Shown: positions 41,191 to 54,960, counted from the first letter of the stretch. The stretch is 64,000 nt of DNA from Octopus sinensis (GCF_006345805.1 NC_043007.1:69812001-69876000), one strand, 5' to 3'. Numbers and translations: made by a program. The notes: generated by a model not told the origin, from the sequence alone.

Positions 41191-41914
41191 GAAGGATTCA
41201 ATCACATTGTGCCCAATAAAAGAAATGCTTAATTTCTTTTAAGTTCTCAGCAAATATTTTGGAATATCCATGCATATCATTTATTTTTACTTATAAATCT
41301 TTTTTTTTTAATTATTTAATTATTTTTAGCATTCATTTATGGTAATAATTCATAGATTCTAATTTGCATGCTTTTTGGGGCAACAGTTTTCCCCAAATAA
41401 CAGCTATGGCTAGTACACAGGACATGAACTATCTTGGTTTTGTATGTGAGAGACACTAATGAAGCTTCCATTTGGAGAAGGGCACATCCCTACTCATTGA
41501 AAGAATGTTGCAATAAGTTTTAAGGTCACTAATTTAGAAATATGGAGGTTAGTCTATTAAGTTAACTCCTGTATTTTATTTTATTAATTCCAGAAGGACA
41601 AACAGTAAAGTTAACTTCAGCAGGATTTGAACTCAGAATACAAAGAGCTAGAACAAATACTGCAAGGCATTTTGTCTAATGCTCTCATGGTTCTGCCAAT
41701 CCATCCCTCTAGTTTATAGTAACAATAATAGCAATATAACAATAAGAACAGTGGTGACAATGTTTAAAGGCTAGAGTGCCAACATAAATAAGGACACAGG
41801 CTTTGAAAGTAAGGCAGTTAAGAGATAAATAGAAAAGGCTAAAACTGTGTTTATGTATATGTGTGCATGTATGACTACATGTGTACAAAATTGAAAGAAG
41901 TAAAACAGAAGCAG

Positions 41915-41946
<32 letters not shown>

Positions 41947-44574
41947 AAACATAAATAATAACTTAAGACTAGTTTCTAAAAATAAAATAATTTCTGAAAA
42001 CAGAGAAAGCAGAGGGGAAGCAGTTTGGAATTTGATATCGAGATTACATGAATATAGGTCAAACGATGTGGACTAGAATTATAGAAATGTCCTAATTATT
42101 TCAATTGCATATATGTGCAAAGACAAGAAAACTGTGGCAACAGTGAATTCCACGGAATTATGAAATTATTTTTTAATCTGAAAGGATCATTAAGAGCAAA
42201 GTAAAATTCCAGCATTAAACAGAAGAAACAAATCTAAATCTGGCAAAAAAAAAAAAAAAAAATGGTCTGATGCAAGTAAATTTGCCCACAAAGAAATAAA
42301 ACAAAATTCAGATATTTATTTCTCCATAAAGTAAACCAAGTCAATGCAGAACTGTGTCTCACAGTCAGAAGTACAAAATTCCTGCTGTGGATGCATGCCT
42401 TTGACCATTTGCAAAAAGAGATTTCTGAAAGAGTTTAGTTTTGTATTAAGTATAAACAAATATTTAAGAAATAACTAATCAACACCTAAACTTGAAAAAG
42501 AAAAACATTTTGATAAATTGGCTAAATCATTCAAACAGCAGACAAAAGACCTACAATATTTAGTCGCAACCATATATGTCCTGAGTTCAAATCATCCTGA
42601 TACCATCCTTACCTTTCATCTTTCTAAGGTTGATAAAGTACCAGTCAAGTACTGGGGCATTGGGTGATTCCTATAATATTTTCAAAATGTGAATGGAATT
42701 ATAATAGACAGTTTTTATAATGGAAATTTATGTCAAATGTTAATGTGAGAGGAACATTTTCAAACTCACAATCATCATCACAACCCTTTTTTACCCTTCA
42801 GACATGGATAAAGACACAGAATCCTCTTTTATCAGTTTTACAAGTCCACCTTGGCAATTCATCAGAAAAGTAAATTATCAGCCAAAAGGTCAAATATTCA
42901 TCTCCAATGACTGTATAATTTACAAAGACAATTCTCATTGACCCAGTTCTTCAAATTGGGAATAGTTACAGTCAGCTGTGGTGTAGCAGAATTGACAAGC
43001 AAGCACAATAGTAGACAAGCTAGCCAAAAGAGATGCCCTTTGACTGCTTAACAATAAGGAAACTGAACTATGCTCCAGGATATATCATTATTGCCTATGC
43101 AGGACATCTGATGGAATGAGCTGAACAAGTATTCATTATGGTATATTGACTCTCCTTACATTTGGCTGTTGTCTTGCTTGGGTTCTACTCTTCCACATGT
43201 CTTCTACTGACACTAAAAAAATCTCATCTAACTTGGGGATTACTGAATCACAGGAAATAAACACAATTTTATCTAAGTATACCCTAATTAATTTCTGCAG
43301 TCTGCACTAAACCATCCCTCTACCACTTCTGCTTCACACATGTTCACCTTACTAAAAAGGAGAACGTATTTATAATAGATATTTAATATTTTCTGTTACA
43401 ATAAGCACAGTATACTGCATGACAAAAAATAATTTATGAGCAAACTACACGTGTACAATACACATTGTAGTTTAGGTTAGAACCCAGTTTAACATAACAT
43501 TTCCAAAACATCTTTATTTCTGACAGGTAAGTGATGTGAAATAAATGAAATTGTCCTATTAGCCAAGCACACAAATGTTTGTAGCAAACTTGGAATCAAA
43601 ATAAGTCCAATAGACATCTATTCCATCATTTTCCTAGACAGTAAAATAATAATATAGGTTACAGCCATCAAGTAGTACAAACATCAAACTTGTTACATGT
43701 CACCATATTAATGTTTTTGGTATTTTTCATCATCCATAATTATTCTAGGCAAAATAAAATGAGTGAAAGATGATGAAATATATATCTGCATATATTATAG
43801 AAAAAGGAAAAAAAAAAAAAAGGAGTGCCAGAGAACAAAAGTAAGATTTTTTTTATGATAAGCTTGACTTTGTTTCTCAGTTGGAACCAAAGATGTTAAG
43901 ATATTTCTTCAATCTATTTATATGGTTTTCTATTGAATGTTCCAGAAAATTTTTAAATAAGCACAAACTTATTTAAAGAAAAGTAGAATAGATTGATTTC
44001 TAGGTATTGTATTCATTTATTGGTTGCTCTCCGACAGGTTTGTGATCAAGTCTGTGACAGTGAGGATCTCCAGGGACCTGAGCCCCACTACCAGACGACA
44101 TCCCTGCTCACTACTATTGAGATGGAGATGGCTATCTGCAAGTGCAAGCTCCATGGGTGACTGTTCCAGAGCTTCTCCCTCACCATCTTCCAAGACAACA
44201 CTTTTTCCATTTTTCCACTAAGACCATGATGCAGACTGACAAGTCTTTTTAGATATTTCTTTGCTGTGGGGAAGACGAAAGATAAGATGATCTAGGCAGG
44301 GCCTGCCATCAAATTTAGAAAACTATTTCCAAACACACTACGAGACAAATATCTTTGATCATTTGTCTATTGAATTAAGGTTCGTCCAGAGTAACCATTA
44401 TTAGTAAGAGGATTCATCTGTTCAGAATAAAGTGTTTTGCTCAAGGACACAAAGCATCACCGGGAATCGAACTCACAACCTTACAATCGTGAGCCGAATG
44501 CCCTAACCACTAAGCCATGCACCTTCACTCCAATAATTTACATGTAAATATCCATATTTACACACCATCTAATC

Positions 44575-44822
44575 CAGTGGTACTCAACCATTTTTTGCCC
44601 ATGGATCCTTTTGATTATTATTTTGTTCTACCAGACTGCCATAGTCATTCAAGGTGCATAAAAACAACATTTTGCTGTCTTTTTTATAATTACATAGGAT
44701 TAGTTTTTTAAAAATTTAAATATTTTGTGTTGTTGAAGTATAAGCAATTTATTGCACATAAATATTAACAAATTCTTATATTGACTCCCAAGGGCCAAAT
44801 AAACTCCAGTTGAGGATTACTG
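44575..44822. mobile_element. hAT (Charlie-like) MITE
   Basis: Termini CAGTGGTACTCAACC ... CAGTTGAGGATTACTG. The flanking 8-mers atctaatc / atgtaatt (6/8) fit a decayed 8-bp TSD. Confidence 0.65.
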
Positions 44823-45090
44823 ATGTAATTATTTGTTAAAAAGAAAAGTATTTTTCCATGATTTATTCAAAAGTAGTAGCATGATCAGCAAGCACTTCAA
44901 AATATGATTGAGATTTAGTTTGAATATCTAGTAAAAAAAAAATGCTGACAGGAAAGGCATTAGAAATAGAATCCAGCTATACAAAGTGTGATGGTGACGT
45001 GTCAAAACACCAGAGATGAGCTGCTTTTTAACCTTTTCATTACTGTATTTATTTTGAGAGGCTGTGTTTCTCTCAATTATTTTAGATACT

Positions 45091-45466
45091 AGGCGCAGGA
45101 GTGGCTGTGTGGTAAATAACTTGCTTACCAACCGCATGGTTCAGGGTTCATTCCCACTGCGTGGCACCTTCTACTATAACCTCGGGCCAACCAAAGCCTT
45201 GTTAGTTGTAGACAGAAACTGTAAAAGCCCGTTGTATATATGTATATATGTATGTGTCTGTGTGTTTGTCCCCACAACATCACTTGACAACCGATGGTGG
45301 TGTGTTTACATCCCTGTAACTTAGCGGTTCAGCAAAAGAGACCGATAGAATAAGTACTAGGCTTACAAAGAATAAGTCCGGGGTCAATTTGCTCAACTAA
45401 AGGCAGTGCTCCAGCATGGTCACAGTCAAATGACTGAAACGAGTAAAAGAGAGTAAGAGTATAAGA
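45091..45466 (+). mobile_element. SINE family A, full length
   Basis: aggcgcaggagtggctgtgtggtaa head to gactgaaacgagtaaaagagagtaagag tail. Confidence 0.9.
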
Positions 45467-45639
45467 ATTTAGTAAAAAAAACTTAGTTAACATTAAGCTG
45501 GTGTTAGGAACATCAATTGTGACTAAGGCTTGGTGGAAGATTTTAATTTAAAACTTATGCAAACAAGACATTTGTACTACAGAGCCAGTTTCAACCGGGT
45601 TGGTAATGGAAGAGTTAAGATAATTTTCTGGACAGATAT

Positions 45640-45960
45640 GGCACTTTGTCAGTTACAATGACGGAAGTTCCAGCTGATCTGATCAACAAAGCAGCCTGCT
45701 CATGAAATTATCATGCAAGTGGCTGAGCACTCCACAGACATGCGTACTCTTAACGTAGTTCTCAGGGAGATTCAACGTAATGCGGAATGTGACAAGGCTG
45801 GCCTTTTGAAATACAGGTACTAATCATTTTTGCCAACAGAGTAGACTGAAGCAACATGAAATAGTGTCTTGCTCAAGGACAAAACACACCACTGGTAATC
45901 AAACTCACAACCTTATAATCATGATCCAAATATTCTAACCATTAACCCACATACCTTCAC
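45640..45960 (-). mobile_element. tRNA-derived SINE with Meta/V-like core and a different tail
   Basis: Reverse complement shows ttgtccttgagcaagacact core and gagaactacgttaagagtacgcatgtctgtggagtgctcagccacttgc tail. Confidence 0.7.
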
Positions 45961-46095
45961 TAGACAGATGTAATTTAAAAAAACAAAAAAAAAATAAGCT
46001 TTTGAATCAAATATAATTGTATCAGAATAATTTCTGAGACACATTATATTAATAGTTGTTCAGTTCCAAGATGAAGCAACTTGAGCAAAAAATTC

Positions 46096-46295
46096 TTATT
46101 TCTTTATTGCCCACAAGGGGCTAAACACAGAGGGGACAAACAAGGACAGACAAAGAGATTAAGTCGATTACATCGACCCCAGTACTTAATTTATTGACCC
46201 CAAAAGAATGAAAGGCAAAGTCAATCTCGGCGGAATTCGAACTCAGAACGTAATGGCAGACAAAATACCACTAAGCACTTCGCCTGGTGTGCTAA
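46096..46295 (-). mobile_element. SINE family C, near full length
   Basis: Reverse complement closely matches 51207-51440 (ttctgagttcgaattccgccgag...gtcgatgtaatcgacttaatc...ttagccccttgtgggcaataaagaaataaga). Confidence 0.88.
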
Positions 46296-47489
46296 TGTTT
46301 CTGCCAGCTCAATGCCTTTTTTTGAGCAAAAAATTCTGTTAATGTATACATGTATTTCCCTGAATAAAAGACAGATTCTTTCTACCTGGAAAATAGGACA
46401 ACATTCTGAGGTGTTTTGCAAAGTAATACAGAATGAGAAATGTATTTTGTAAATTAAGAATGCAAACGCACACATGCACCCAATATGCATGACAACTTGT
46501 TGTTTTTACCAGCTTTTACAAAACTATTACACCAAGAAAATATTTAAACAAAAATAACTGAATAATTAGCTGTATCTTAAGTGTGATTCAAGTACAGTGG
46601 ACAGAGAAACAGTTTCTGGTACAACTGTTCAGAAATCAATTGAATCATTAACAGAAACAAGAAAAAAAAATCTGAAAGTGTTTGGTGCTATGCATGGCTG
46701 GTGTTAATTTTGTAAGCAGCATTATTTATGATTGTTTCATCTAATATTAATGAGTAAAAAAAAAAAATTTGTGCAGTAAAGGCCTCAAAGTTCAAAAGGA
46801 GGGGACGAAAAACTATATAAAAGAGCAAAGAAGCCCGTCCTTTTAAATGTGAATAAACGATTTTCAAGATAATTTAAGGGGTTTTATTTCTATTTTCTAA
46901 GCATCTGCTTTTCTTGTTACTTGAAAAAATCCCAGACAAATAATAACCTCGTGTTTTGCAAAATAATTCAACTAGAATTAGAAAACGCCTAGAAACAATA
47001 TCCTCTGTATTCCAGCTGTTCAATTCGCAATAAAAATTAATTAAAATAACAAAGCAGAAGTAATTGTAATGGAAATAATGAACTACTAAACAAAAGTTAA
47101 TTTGCAAACTCAACAGTTGCTTGACAATTTAGACATCAATTAGCATTATCAATTAGATGGCATAATCAACAGTGTGTAGCCCAAAGAGAAAATTATGGTA
47201 ATTTTTAACAATAGCTATGTAAGAGAATCTGAAACTGAATGAATGAAATTAAATGTAAAATATTTTTCCACAAAAAAGAAAAGACAAATAGACTATTCAA
47301 TTACTCACTAAAATAGCATATGTATGTCAACAAAAGTATACATAAGAATCTGAAGCAGAGTTACCTGTGTCAATAGAGCATTGGACCACAACTCAGTTTA
47401 CCAAGACATAAATAGATACCACATGTAGTTATAGCTCAATACTATAAAGAGTAGCAACACAGAAAATGAATGAATCTGTTAAAATAAAG

Positions 47490-47830
47490 TGAGAGACCCC
47501 CTTCGGTTATGACTGACCGTGGGATTGCACCTAGAAAGTTACCCACCCAGGCACAAGTCCGGGCAAGGTTGTTTATGGAAGACCAGCAATCACCCATGCA
47601 TACTGGCCTCTCCTCTCCACACCACCAGTGTTATCCAAGGGAAAGGCAATGGCCGATACAGCTTGGCACCAGTGATATCGCAGCTCATTTCTACAGTTGA
47701 GTGAACTGGAGCAATGTGAAATAAAGTGTCTTGCTCAAGAATACAACACGCAGCCCGGTCCAGGAATCGAATTTCACAACTTCACAATCGTAAGCTCGAT
47801 GCTCTAACCACTGAGCCATGCGCCTTCAAA
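47490..47830 (-). mobile_element. tRNA-derived SINE with Meta/V-like core
   Basis: Minus head tgaaggcgcatggctcagtggttagagcatcgagc...ttcgattcctggaccggg, core gttgtattcttgagcaagacactt, distinct 3' region. Confidence 0.8.
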
Positions 47831-49434
47831 ATAGACTCGTAGAAATTGAAGAATACAGTATAAAGCTATCACAGAACTTAACATCTTTCAATCCACATTT
47901 TTCATGCATCGCTTTACTAGATTCAGACAATCCACATTCATATTATAGATTGTAGTCAATGTCAAGTCATAAATGCAAACAAAATTTATCAAACAGCAAC
48001 TACCAGTTTTACATCTAACCAATAATGCGTATATCTACACATATACACAAATATATAAGGTATGCACATTAGAAATTGCACTCATAGATGGACACATTTT
48101 TTAACAACTTCTATCATTATCATAATACTTTTTTATGCTTTTGGGGGTCAATGAACTAAATACCAATTGAGCACTAGGGTTAAAGTAATTGACTTACTTC
48201 CTCCCCTGAAATTTCTGGACTTGTACCAAAATCTGAAATCATTGTAAATGTTACACTCATGATCGAGAGATCATGGTTTCAATTCCTAGACTGTGTAGTA
48301 TGTTGTGTTCTTCATCTCACTTCATCTCACATTGCTCTGTGATCACTATGACATCTGGTGCATGGCACACTGTGCATTTGTTCAGACAACATCAATTTGA
48401 TGGAGACAGTGAACTAATGTACAGCACATACATTTGATCACTATATACAAATCATCTGTGCTGGTCATTCAGCAAAAGCTGAACACTCAGGTTGTCTTCA
48501 ACGAGAGAGTCCATCATCATCATTATTATTATTATTATTGTATGTATTTAATACAGCTTTCAGAAGCAATCAATTTAGAAAGACTGCTAAATAAAAGCAA
48601 GAGTAGGAGGAACCATTCACACCAAATGGGTGGTAAAAATTTTAAATCAGCCTGAATTTGAATCATTGCAAACTGAACCATCATAAAATGAGGACTCCTT
48701 ATGAGTTTAATTGTATGTGGTTATCAACAAGGTATGAGAATCTAATGACAAGAGGCCAGATATAGTTTTAGGGTCTGAAAAGGCAATGAAAATGATCTTG
48801 ATTAAACTTACAGTCTCATGGGGAAAAGAGCGTGACCAAGGCTTTGAACAGAAACATGCAAAGTATGAGCCTTCTGCAGGAAGATTCTCAAACTATAGAG
48901 AAGGGATGATAGTCATGGTTTTTTCCAGTCAAGGATAGCTGTAGAGGATTCTATTCTCCGTTAGTAAAGAGAATGCTTACAGACATTGGAATGAGGAAAG
49001 AAGCAAAGGGTGGCTGTGCACAGGATGGGGGAGGCAGCTGAAAAGAGCATTTTGCTGGTTGTGGAGCAAAAGAGAAGAGTTAAGCTGGAAGCCAGGAAGA
49101 CATGATGGGCAATAATTTGGCCACATCTGCTGACCCACCATTGGGATGGTTCAGTGTCAAAACACCTGATAATCATAGAGTATTGTTTGATGACTTCAGC
49201 TCTTCCTGGCTATGGCTCCATTCACCTTGGTGTTTTATGTATTATCTAATATGTGTGTGTACAAACACACATATATGTCATCCTCATTTAATGTCTTTTT
49301 CATGCTGGCATGGGTTGGACAGTTTGACAGGAGTTGGCAAGGCTGGCTGCTGTACCAGATTCCATTGTCTGTTTTGGTATGGTTTCTACAGCTGGATGCT
49401 CTTCCTAATGCTAACAACTTTACAGAGTGTACAG

Positions 49435-49590
49435 GGTCCTCTCCATGCGACACCAGCACTGGTCCTCTCCATGCGACATCAGCACTGGTCCTCTCCATGC
49501 GACACCAGCACTGGTTTTCTCCATGCAACACCAGCACTAGTCCTCCCCATGCAACACCAGCACTAGTCCTCTCCATGCGACACCAGCACT
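49435..49590. repeat. 26-bp tandem repeat x6 (ggtcctctccatgcgacaccagcact) inside a family B retroposon (49270-49680, minus)
   Basis: Six consecutive units read directly, flanked by family-B sequence. Confidence 0.92.
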
Positions 49591-51206
49591 GACAGAGTCA
49601 CTAAGTACCTTGCAGAACACAATGAGGCAAAACCCCTCAACTGGGAAGGGTGAGTAGTATTGAGGTATGGTGGCTTTGTGCCAGTTGAGAGATTAAAGGT
49701 ATAGAGGGACAGAGATAGGCGTTTTGCAGTAAATACATGGACACCCCGGATGGAAAAAAGAGGAAAGTGAGTTATATTTATCATCATCGTTTTTTGACAA
49801 CCACTTTTCCGTGCTCAAAAGGGTAAATTTTCTACAGCTTGATGCCCTTCTTGTCACCAACCCTTACCTGTTCCCAAGTAAAGTAATATTTTCCCATGGC
49901 CTGACATTTGAATGGAAGATTGGAAATTATCAACACTGCTTGTATATCAGTGATGCTCATTTACAGCTATCATGCAATATCAAATCAAGACACAAACACA
50001 CCCACATACACAATGTATGTGCACACATACAGCCCACATGTGCATATTTTTTTCCTGGCTCACTTTTTGTTTTGTGTATCTGCTTTCTTTTCCTCCCAGG
50101 TTTGCCTAGACTTCTCTGGTGTCCGAAGAAGGATTACATCTGACACATGATACTCCATCACTTGAACATCAAACTAATAACCTTGACTGTGAAAGTCTCT
50201 TGTACTTTTGTTGTTTTCATGGTATGATAGGCTTTCAATTTCCATCCATCTACTAAATTCACTCACAAGGTTTTGATCAATCTGGTGTTGTAGTGGAAGA
50301 TACATGGAGTGGGACTGAACTGGAAACCATGAGGTTTGAGAAGCAAACTTCTTAACCACACAGTTAAATATCCCCCTTCTCATATATATATATATATATG
50401 TCCGTATTTATTTACGAAATATATAAGGACACAGGAAATGTGTCAAGGCCAATAGGAAGCGTCGATGCTTCCTAGGGCTAAACAGCAGTGGTGTAATTCC
50501 CTTACAGAACTGTCACGTTAAGTTGACAGTATACAACCACTCTATATATATATATATATATATATATAGGTTTGGTCTTGCAAACAGGAAAACAGAACTC
50601 AAAACATAAGTACGTGTTTTTTTTTTAAAAGTCAGCAGATGTTACAGAGTGTCTCAAGAGCCAAGAGTTTTGTGACATTCTGTAATTTTTGCCAATTGTT
50701 AATAAAAAAACAAAATGTGCATGTATCACGTGTGCACGCACACTCACACACTGACTGCATAAGATGCAGTGTAGCTTCATGCCCCAGCAGAGGTATCAAG
50801 GATGCCATCTCTCAAGCAAGGCAACAACAGGAGAAATACTTAGCTAAGAGTAAACTGAAATTTCTAAGGGCACCACATGCAATAAATTGTGGATGAGGGC
50901 TGCACAAATCATGTGCAAAGATGCAGTAAATAAAATGAGTCAACAATGATTTTTAAGAAAAATTTAGCATAAAGGCAGGGGTCCACCAAGGTTTAGTCTT
51001 TATCTTCCTCTCTCTCTCTCTCATTCATAATAGACCAAGCCAGCACAGAAGTTTAAGATTGACTGTCCAAGGGGACTCCAACATCTTGCTGATCTAATTT
51101 TCATAGCTGAATCTGTAAGGGTAATTTCAGGTGCAGAAGCTAAACCTAGAATCAAGAGACCTCAAGGTAAATTTAGCAATGATGAAGGTTTTAATAAGAA
51201 AGAAAA

Positions 51207-51440
51207 AGGTGGTGAGCTGGCAGAAACATAAGCATGCCGGGTGAAATGCTTAGCAGTATTTCCTCTGCCGCTACGTTCTGAGTTCAAATTCTGCCGAGGT
51301 AACTTTGCCTTTCATCTTTTCAGGGTCGATTAAATAAGTACCAGTTACGCACTGGAGTCGATATATCAATTAATCCGTTTGTCTGCCCTTGTTTGTCCCC
51401 TCTGTGTGTAGCCCCTTGTAGGCAATAAAAAAATGAGAAA
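51207..51440 (+). mobile_element. SINE family C
   Basis: ggtggtgagctggcagaaac...gttctgagttcaaattc...gggtcgattaaataagtaccagttacgcactgg...gtagccccttgtaggcaataaaa. Confidence 0.88.
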
Positions 51441-51769
51441 CCGGTGCCTGGTGTCATCAAGAAAGTGGTCTTGTTTGATGTGCAAGAAAGGACTAGGTAT
51501 ATTCCATACACTGTACTCAGGGTAAACTATGGTCACACATGAAATATAGTGGACTCATAGGCAGACTCACCAGAGAAGGTAAGCTTCTAATATGATAAAT
51601 GCATTATCTACCATGAACATACTGGAAATAGATTCTCTTAAATGTCCAGACAACTCATTAGAAGTCTTCAGTAGTTTCTCTTACCTTGGAGACATAATTA
51701 GCAGGGGAAATTATTGATCAGAAAGTATTGCAGCTGGAATAAGAATGAGTTGGAAAAGGTTCAGAGCTA

Positions 51770-52075
51770 TTATCACAAAGCACCATTCAAGCGTGATCGT
51801 TACCATAGTTGCCTTACTGGCACCTGTGCTGGTGGTATATCTAAAAGGATTCGAGCGAGGTCGTTGCCAGTACCGCCTGACTGGCCCCCATGCTGGTGGC
51901 ACATAAAAAGCACCCACTACACTCTCGGAGTGGTTGGCGTTAGGAAGGGCATCCAGCTGTAGAAATTCTGCCAAATCAAGATTGGAGCCTGGTGCAACCA
52001 TCTGGTTCACCAGCCCTCAGTCAAAATCGTCCAACCCATGCTAGCATGGAAAGCGGATGGTAAACGATGATGATC
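51770..52075 (+). mobile_element. Family B retroposon
   Basis: Matches 16357-16725 in the opposite orientation and ends gcggatggtaaacgatgatgat. Confidence 0.85.
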
Positions 52076-53234
52076 TTCTCTGTCAGAGTAAAGGACAGAT
52101 TGTGTGAAACTTGTGTCAGAACTGTAATGCTGCATGGTAATAAGACATGGACCAAAGACCAGAAATAAATGAAACTAGCATGTTCCAGTGGCAGTTCAAT
52201 GTTAGCATGCATGAACACTTGAGTACAAAGAGGTGAGAAAAAAAACTGGGCCTAAGAGAAATCGGGTGTAGTGTATAAGAGAGAAGGCTGCCCTAATACA
52301 GGTATGTGATGTTTATGGAGGATGATTGCTACGTAAGGAAGTAGAGTACTCCATGTTAGTGGAACTTGTGGAAGAAGGAGGCCAAGGAAGGCTTGGGATG
52401 AAGTTGTGAAGGCTGAACATGCTATATCTGATGGAGAAGATGAAACAAGAGCGTGCTGTCTGATGACATGCAGTGCTACAGAAGACCTGTCCATCCATAG
52501 TTAAATGCTCATTAATACAAGAATCATGATTAATAAGCTGTAACACACACACTTGCTCACTGAAGCCTACCTTACTGTCCCCACTTCGCCTCCATGCTTC
52601 CCATCTCTGCCAGTCACATCACACCTTCAGATAGGTAACCCTTATTGCCACTAAACACCTCTTCTTAATCTCTTGTCCTATCACCTCTAAGATGCCCTCT
52701 ACCCTTCCTTTCCATCACTGCACTCACTCTTCCTCCCCTCACTCCCCAATGCTTCTCCACCAGGGAAGCACTGCAGCATTTATATTATGCACTTCTCCTC
52801 CTCCCACCTCTAAAGTACCTTGCAGGGACTATTTGCTCCATTGCTCTCATTATACACCATCTTCCCACAGCTTCAACCTTCTCATCATGGGATGAGGATA
52901 TTAGGAGAATATGTTGTGGGGAAGAGATTTGACAGGGGTCAAGCTGTGAGCAGGTAGGTTTATGAGGGAGAGCTAAAGACATAAGGGAAGGGAATACAAT
53001 AGGTGATGAGTTCAAATGGAGGATGAGTAAAGACCATCAGAGGATAGACTGTGTGCAGGAGGTGAGAAGCACAGACAAAAAAGATCTGCCTTTATGGCCA
53101 CAATTGTACTTAGCAGGGACAGGTCATCTCAAGTAGAGTAAATCACCAGTTATCCTGTTGTCATTTCCTTTGTGAGGATATATACAGACACACTATATAT
53201 ATATATACATAAGTGTGTGTACGTGAGAGAGGGA

Positions 53235-54960
53235 GAGTATATATAAATATATATAGTTCAAATTTACAGAAAACAAAAGACAAAGACAAGTGAGAGAACA
53301 ATAAACAGTTGTATTAGTTTGACACTTGGGAAGAACAAAAAGGTCTTTGATGTTTCGAGCCTATACTCTTCAACAGAAAAAGGTTGAAAGAATAAAAATG
53401 GAGAGAGAATAAAAACATGATGAAATGACCAGAAGAAAGAGGTTGGGTGAAGGGGAGATAATAACAGTGACCCAGCTGAATTAGGATGTGCAAGAATGTG
53501 TGTATGAAAGAATTAAGTAGGTGAGTGTGTATGTGTGAATGGGAGCAAGCACGTGTGTATGTGTGTGTGTGCAAGTTTAAAATTATGTGAGCATGTGTGC
53601 ATATGGGAGCATGTGTATAAGTAACCTAATGCATGCATTGTGTAGAGTGACATGCATCATTTTGTGTGTGGGTGTGGATCAACATGTGTGTGAAGCTGTG
53701 TATAGTGTGTGCATGTGTGCAAACGTTTGCATGTAGCAGTTAATGTGTGCTTGTTTGAATGGTGTGTGTACATGTGTGTGTGTGCGTGCATGCATGAAAT
53801 GTGTGTGGCCCTATACTCTTTGTATGTATTGTGTGTTAACATGTGAAAGTTGTGTTTATGTGTTGTGTACATGTGTGCATATGCATTATGTGTGATCTTG
53901 GGAGTGGATACTGTGTTGTGGGTGAATACATGGAGGTGCAAGGTGGGATAAAGGTGACGAGAGTTAGGAGTTGGGTGGTAGTGTGTGGGGGGTGGGAAGG
54001 TGCATGTGGAGTGCATGTGCATGCATGTGGAAGTGTGCATAATGGTGTATAGATGTGGGAGGTGAAGTTAAAGTTGAACAGTGTGAAGGGTATTCCTATA
54101 GTGGTGTGTGTGTGTGTGCATATGAGAGTGTGTGAGTGTGCATAATGGTGTGAGGTGTACGTACAGGGAAGTATTGGGTGCTAGTGTGTGTGAAGTTGGA
54201 AGGTGTGTGTGTGATGTGAGTAGAGTTGAATGGTGTGTATGGATGTTTACATAATGGTGTGTGTGATGAGAGAACTGAGTTAAGCAGTGTACAAGTGTGG
54301 GGTGGAGGGGAGGAGCAGTTAAAGGTGGGAGATGTGTGGGGTTGGTTTTAAATGAAAAGTGGTGGCGAATTAAGGTCATAAGGAGCAAAGGAAGAGAGAT
54401 CAATTCCTGTTCATAGCAGAGGTGGGAGTCCAGGTGGCCTCTGTGGAAAGACAGTCTGACAGACAAATGCAGCAAATGACTGGTTGAGCAGAAGTGGTAT
54501 GAGAGCAGGGTGTCATTACCTAGTGATGTCTTGGAGGTGGTCAGTGAACCGGTCAGCCAAGTAGCATCTTGTTTGACCAATATATAGAAAAGGACAGAGA
54601 GCAACAGATGGCATTGCTAGAGGTGCAGGTAAAAGAGTTGGTGATGTGGCAGGGGTAGTGGTAGGTGCCAATGAGGATAATGATGTTGGAGAGGTAGGGG
54701 CAGGAGCAACGGCATGGGTGAGAGCAAGGGAAAGAGCCAGGCATAAGGAAGAAACTATAGACCAGAAGGTCATGCAGATTACAGCTGCATTTAAAGGAGG
54801 GAAGGGGTGGGTTAGGGTAGATGTGGGAGGTGAAGTTAAAGAAGATGGAGGGGTCAGATTGGAGTTAATGAAAGGCTTGGAGAATGGTATGTTGGAATGG
54901 TGGCAGATGGGAGAAAAAGGGTGGCAGGGAAAAATGGGACAGGTGCAGTGAGAGAGAGAG
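53235..54960 (-). mobile_element. Penelope-like element (PLE) remnant: Cys-rich linker plus GIY-YIG endonuclease, expanded (CA)-rich tract, terminal repeat with hammerhead-like motif
   Basis: Minus frames PGSFPCSHPCRCSCPYLSN...ITNSFTCTSSN, then LCPFLYIGQTRCYLADRFTDHLQDI and GNDTLLSYHFCSTSHLLHLSV...EQELI match the PLE GIY-YIG pattern (YIGQT.R...RF.EH). Joining the terminal segment 53235-53420 to this body is inferred from same-strand order. Confidence 0.8.
53343..53381 (-). ncRNA. Minimal hammerhead-ribozyme-like motif with a non-canonical core
   Basis: Minus strand ttttt-CTGTTGA-A-GAGT-ATAG-GCTC-GAAAC-ATC-aaaga. CUGANGA has A6->U, stem II is 4 bp, then GAAA and an NUH triplet, with a short potential stem I. 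Confidence 0.45.

Larger units (their letters stand above)
50820..52520 (+). mobile_element. Old RTE-clade LINE fragment interrupted by younger SINEs
   Basis: Decayed RT motifs (gcaggggtccaccaagg = AGVHQG; later ttgtgtcagaactgtaatgctgcatggtaataagacatgg) are collinear with the other RTE fragments and split by insertions at 51207 and 51770. Confidence 0.7.

Noticed and set aside
44016-44154. Minus frame MELALADSHLHL resembling the TatD/amidohydrolase DxHxH motif
   Set aside because: Only the short motif matches, the frame stops about 35 codons later, and no other TatD motifs are present.
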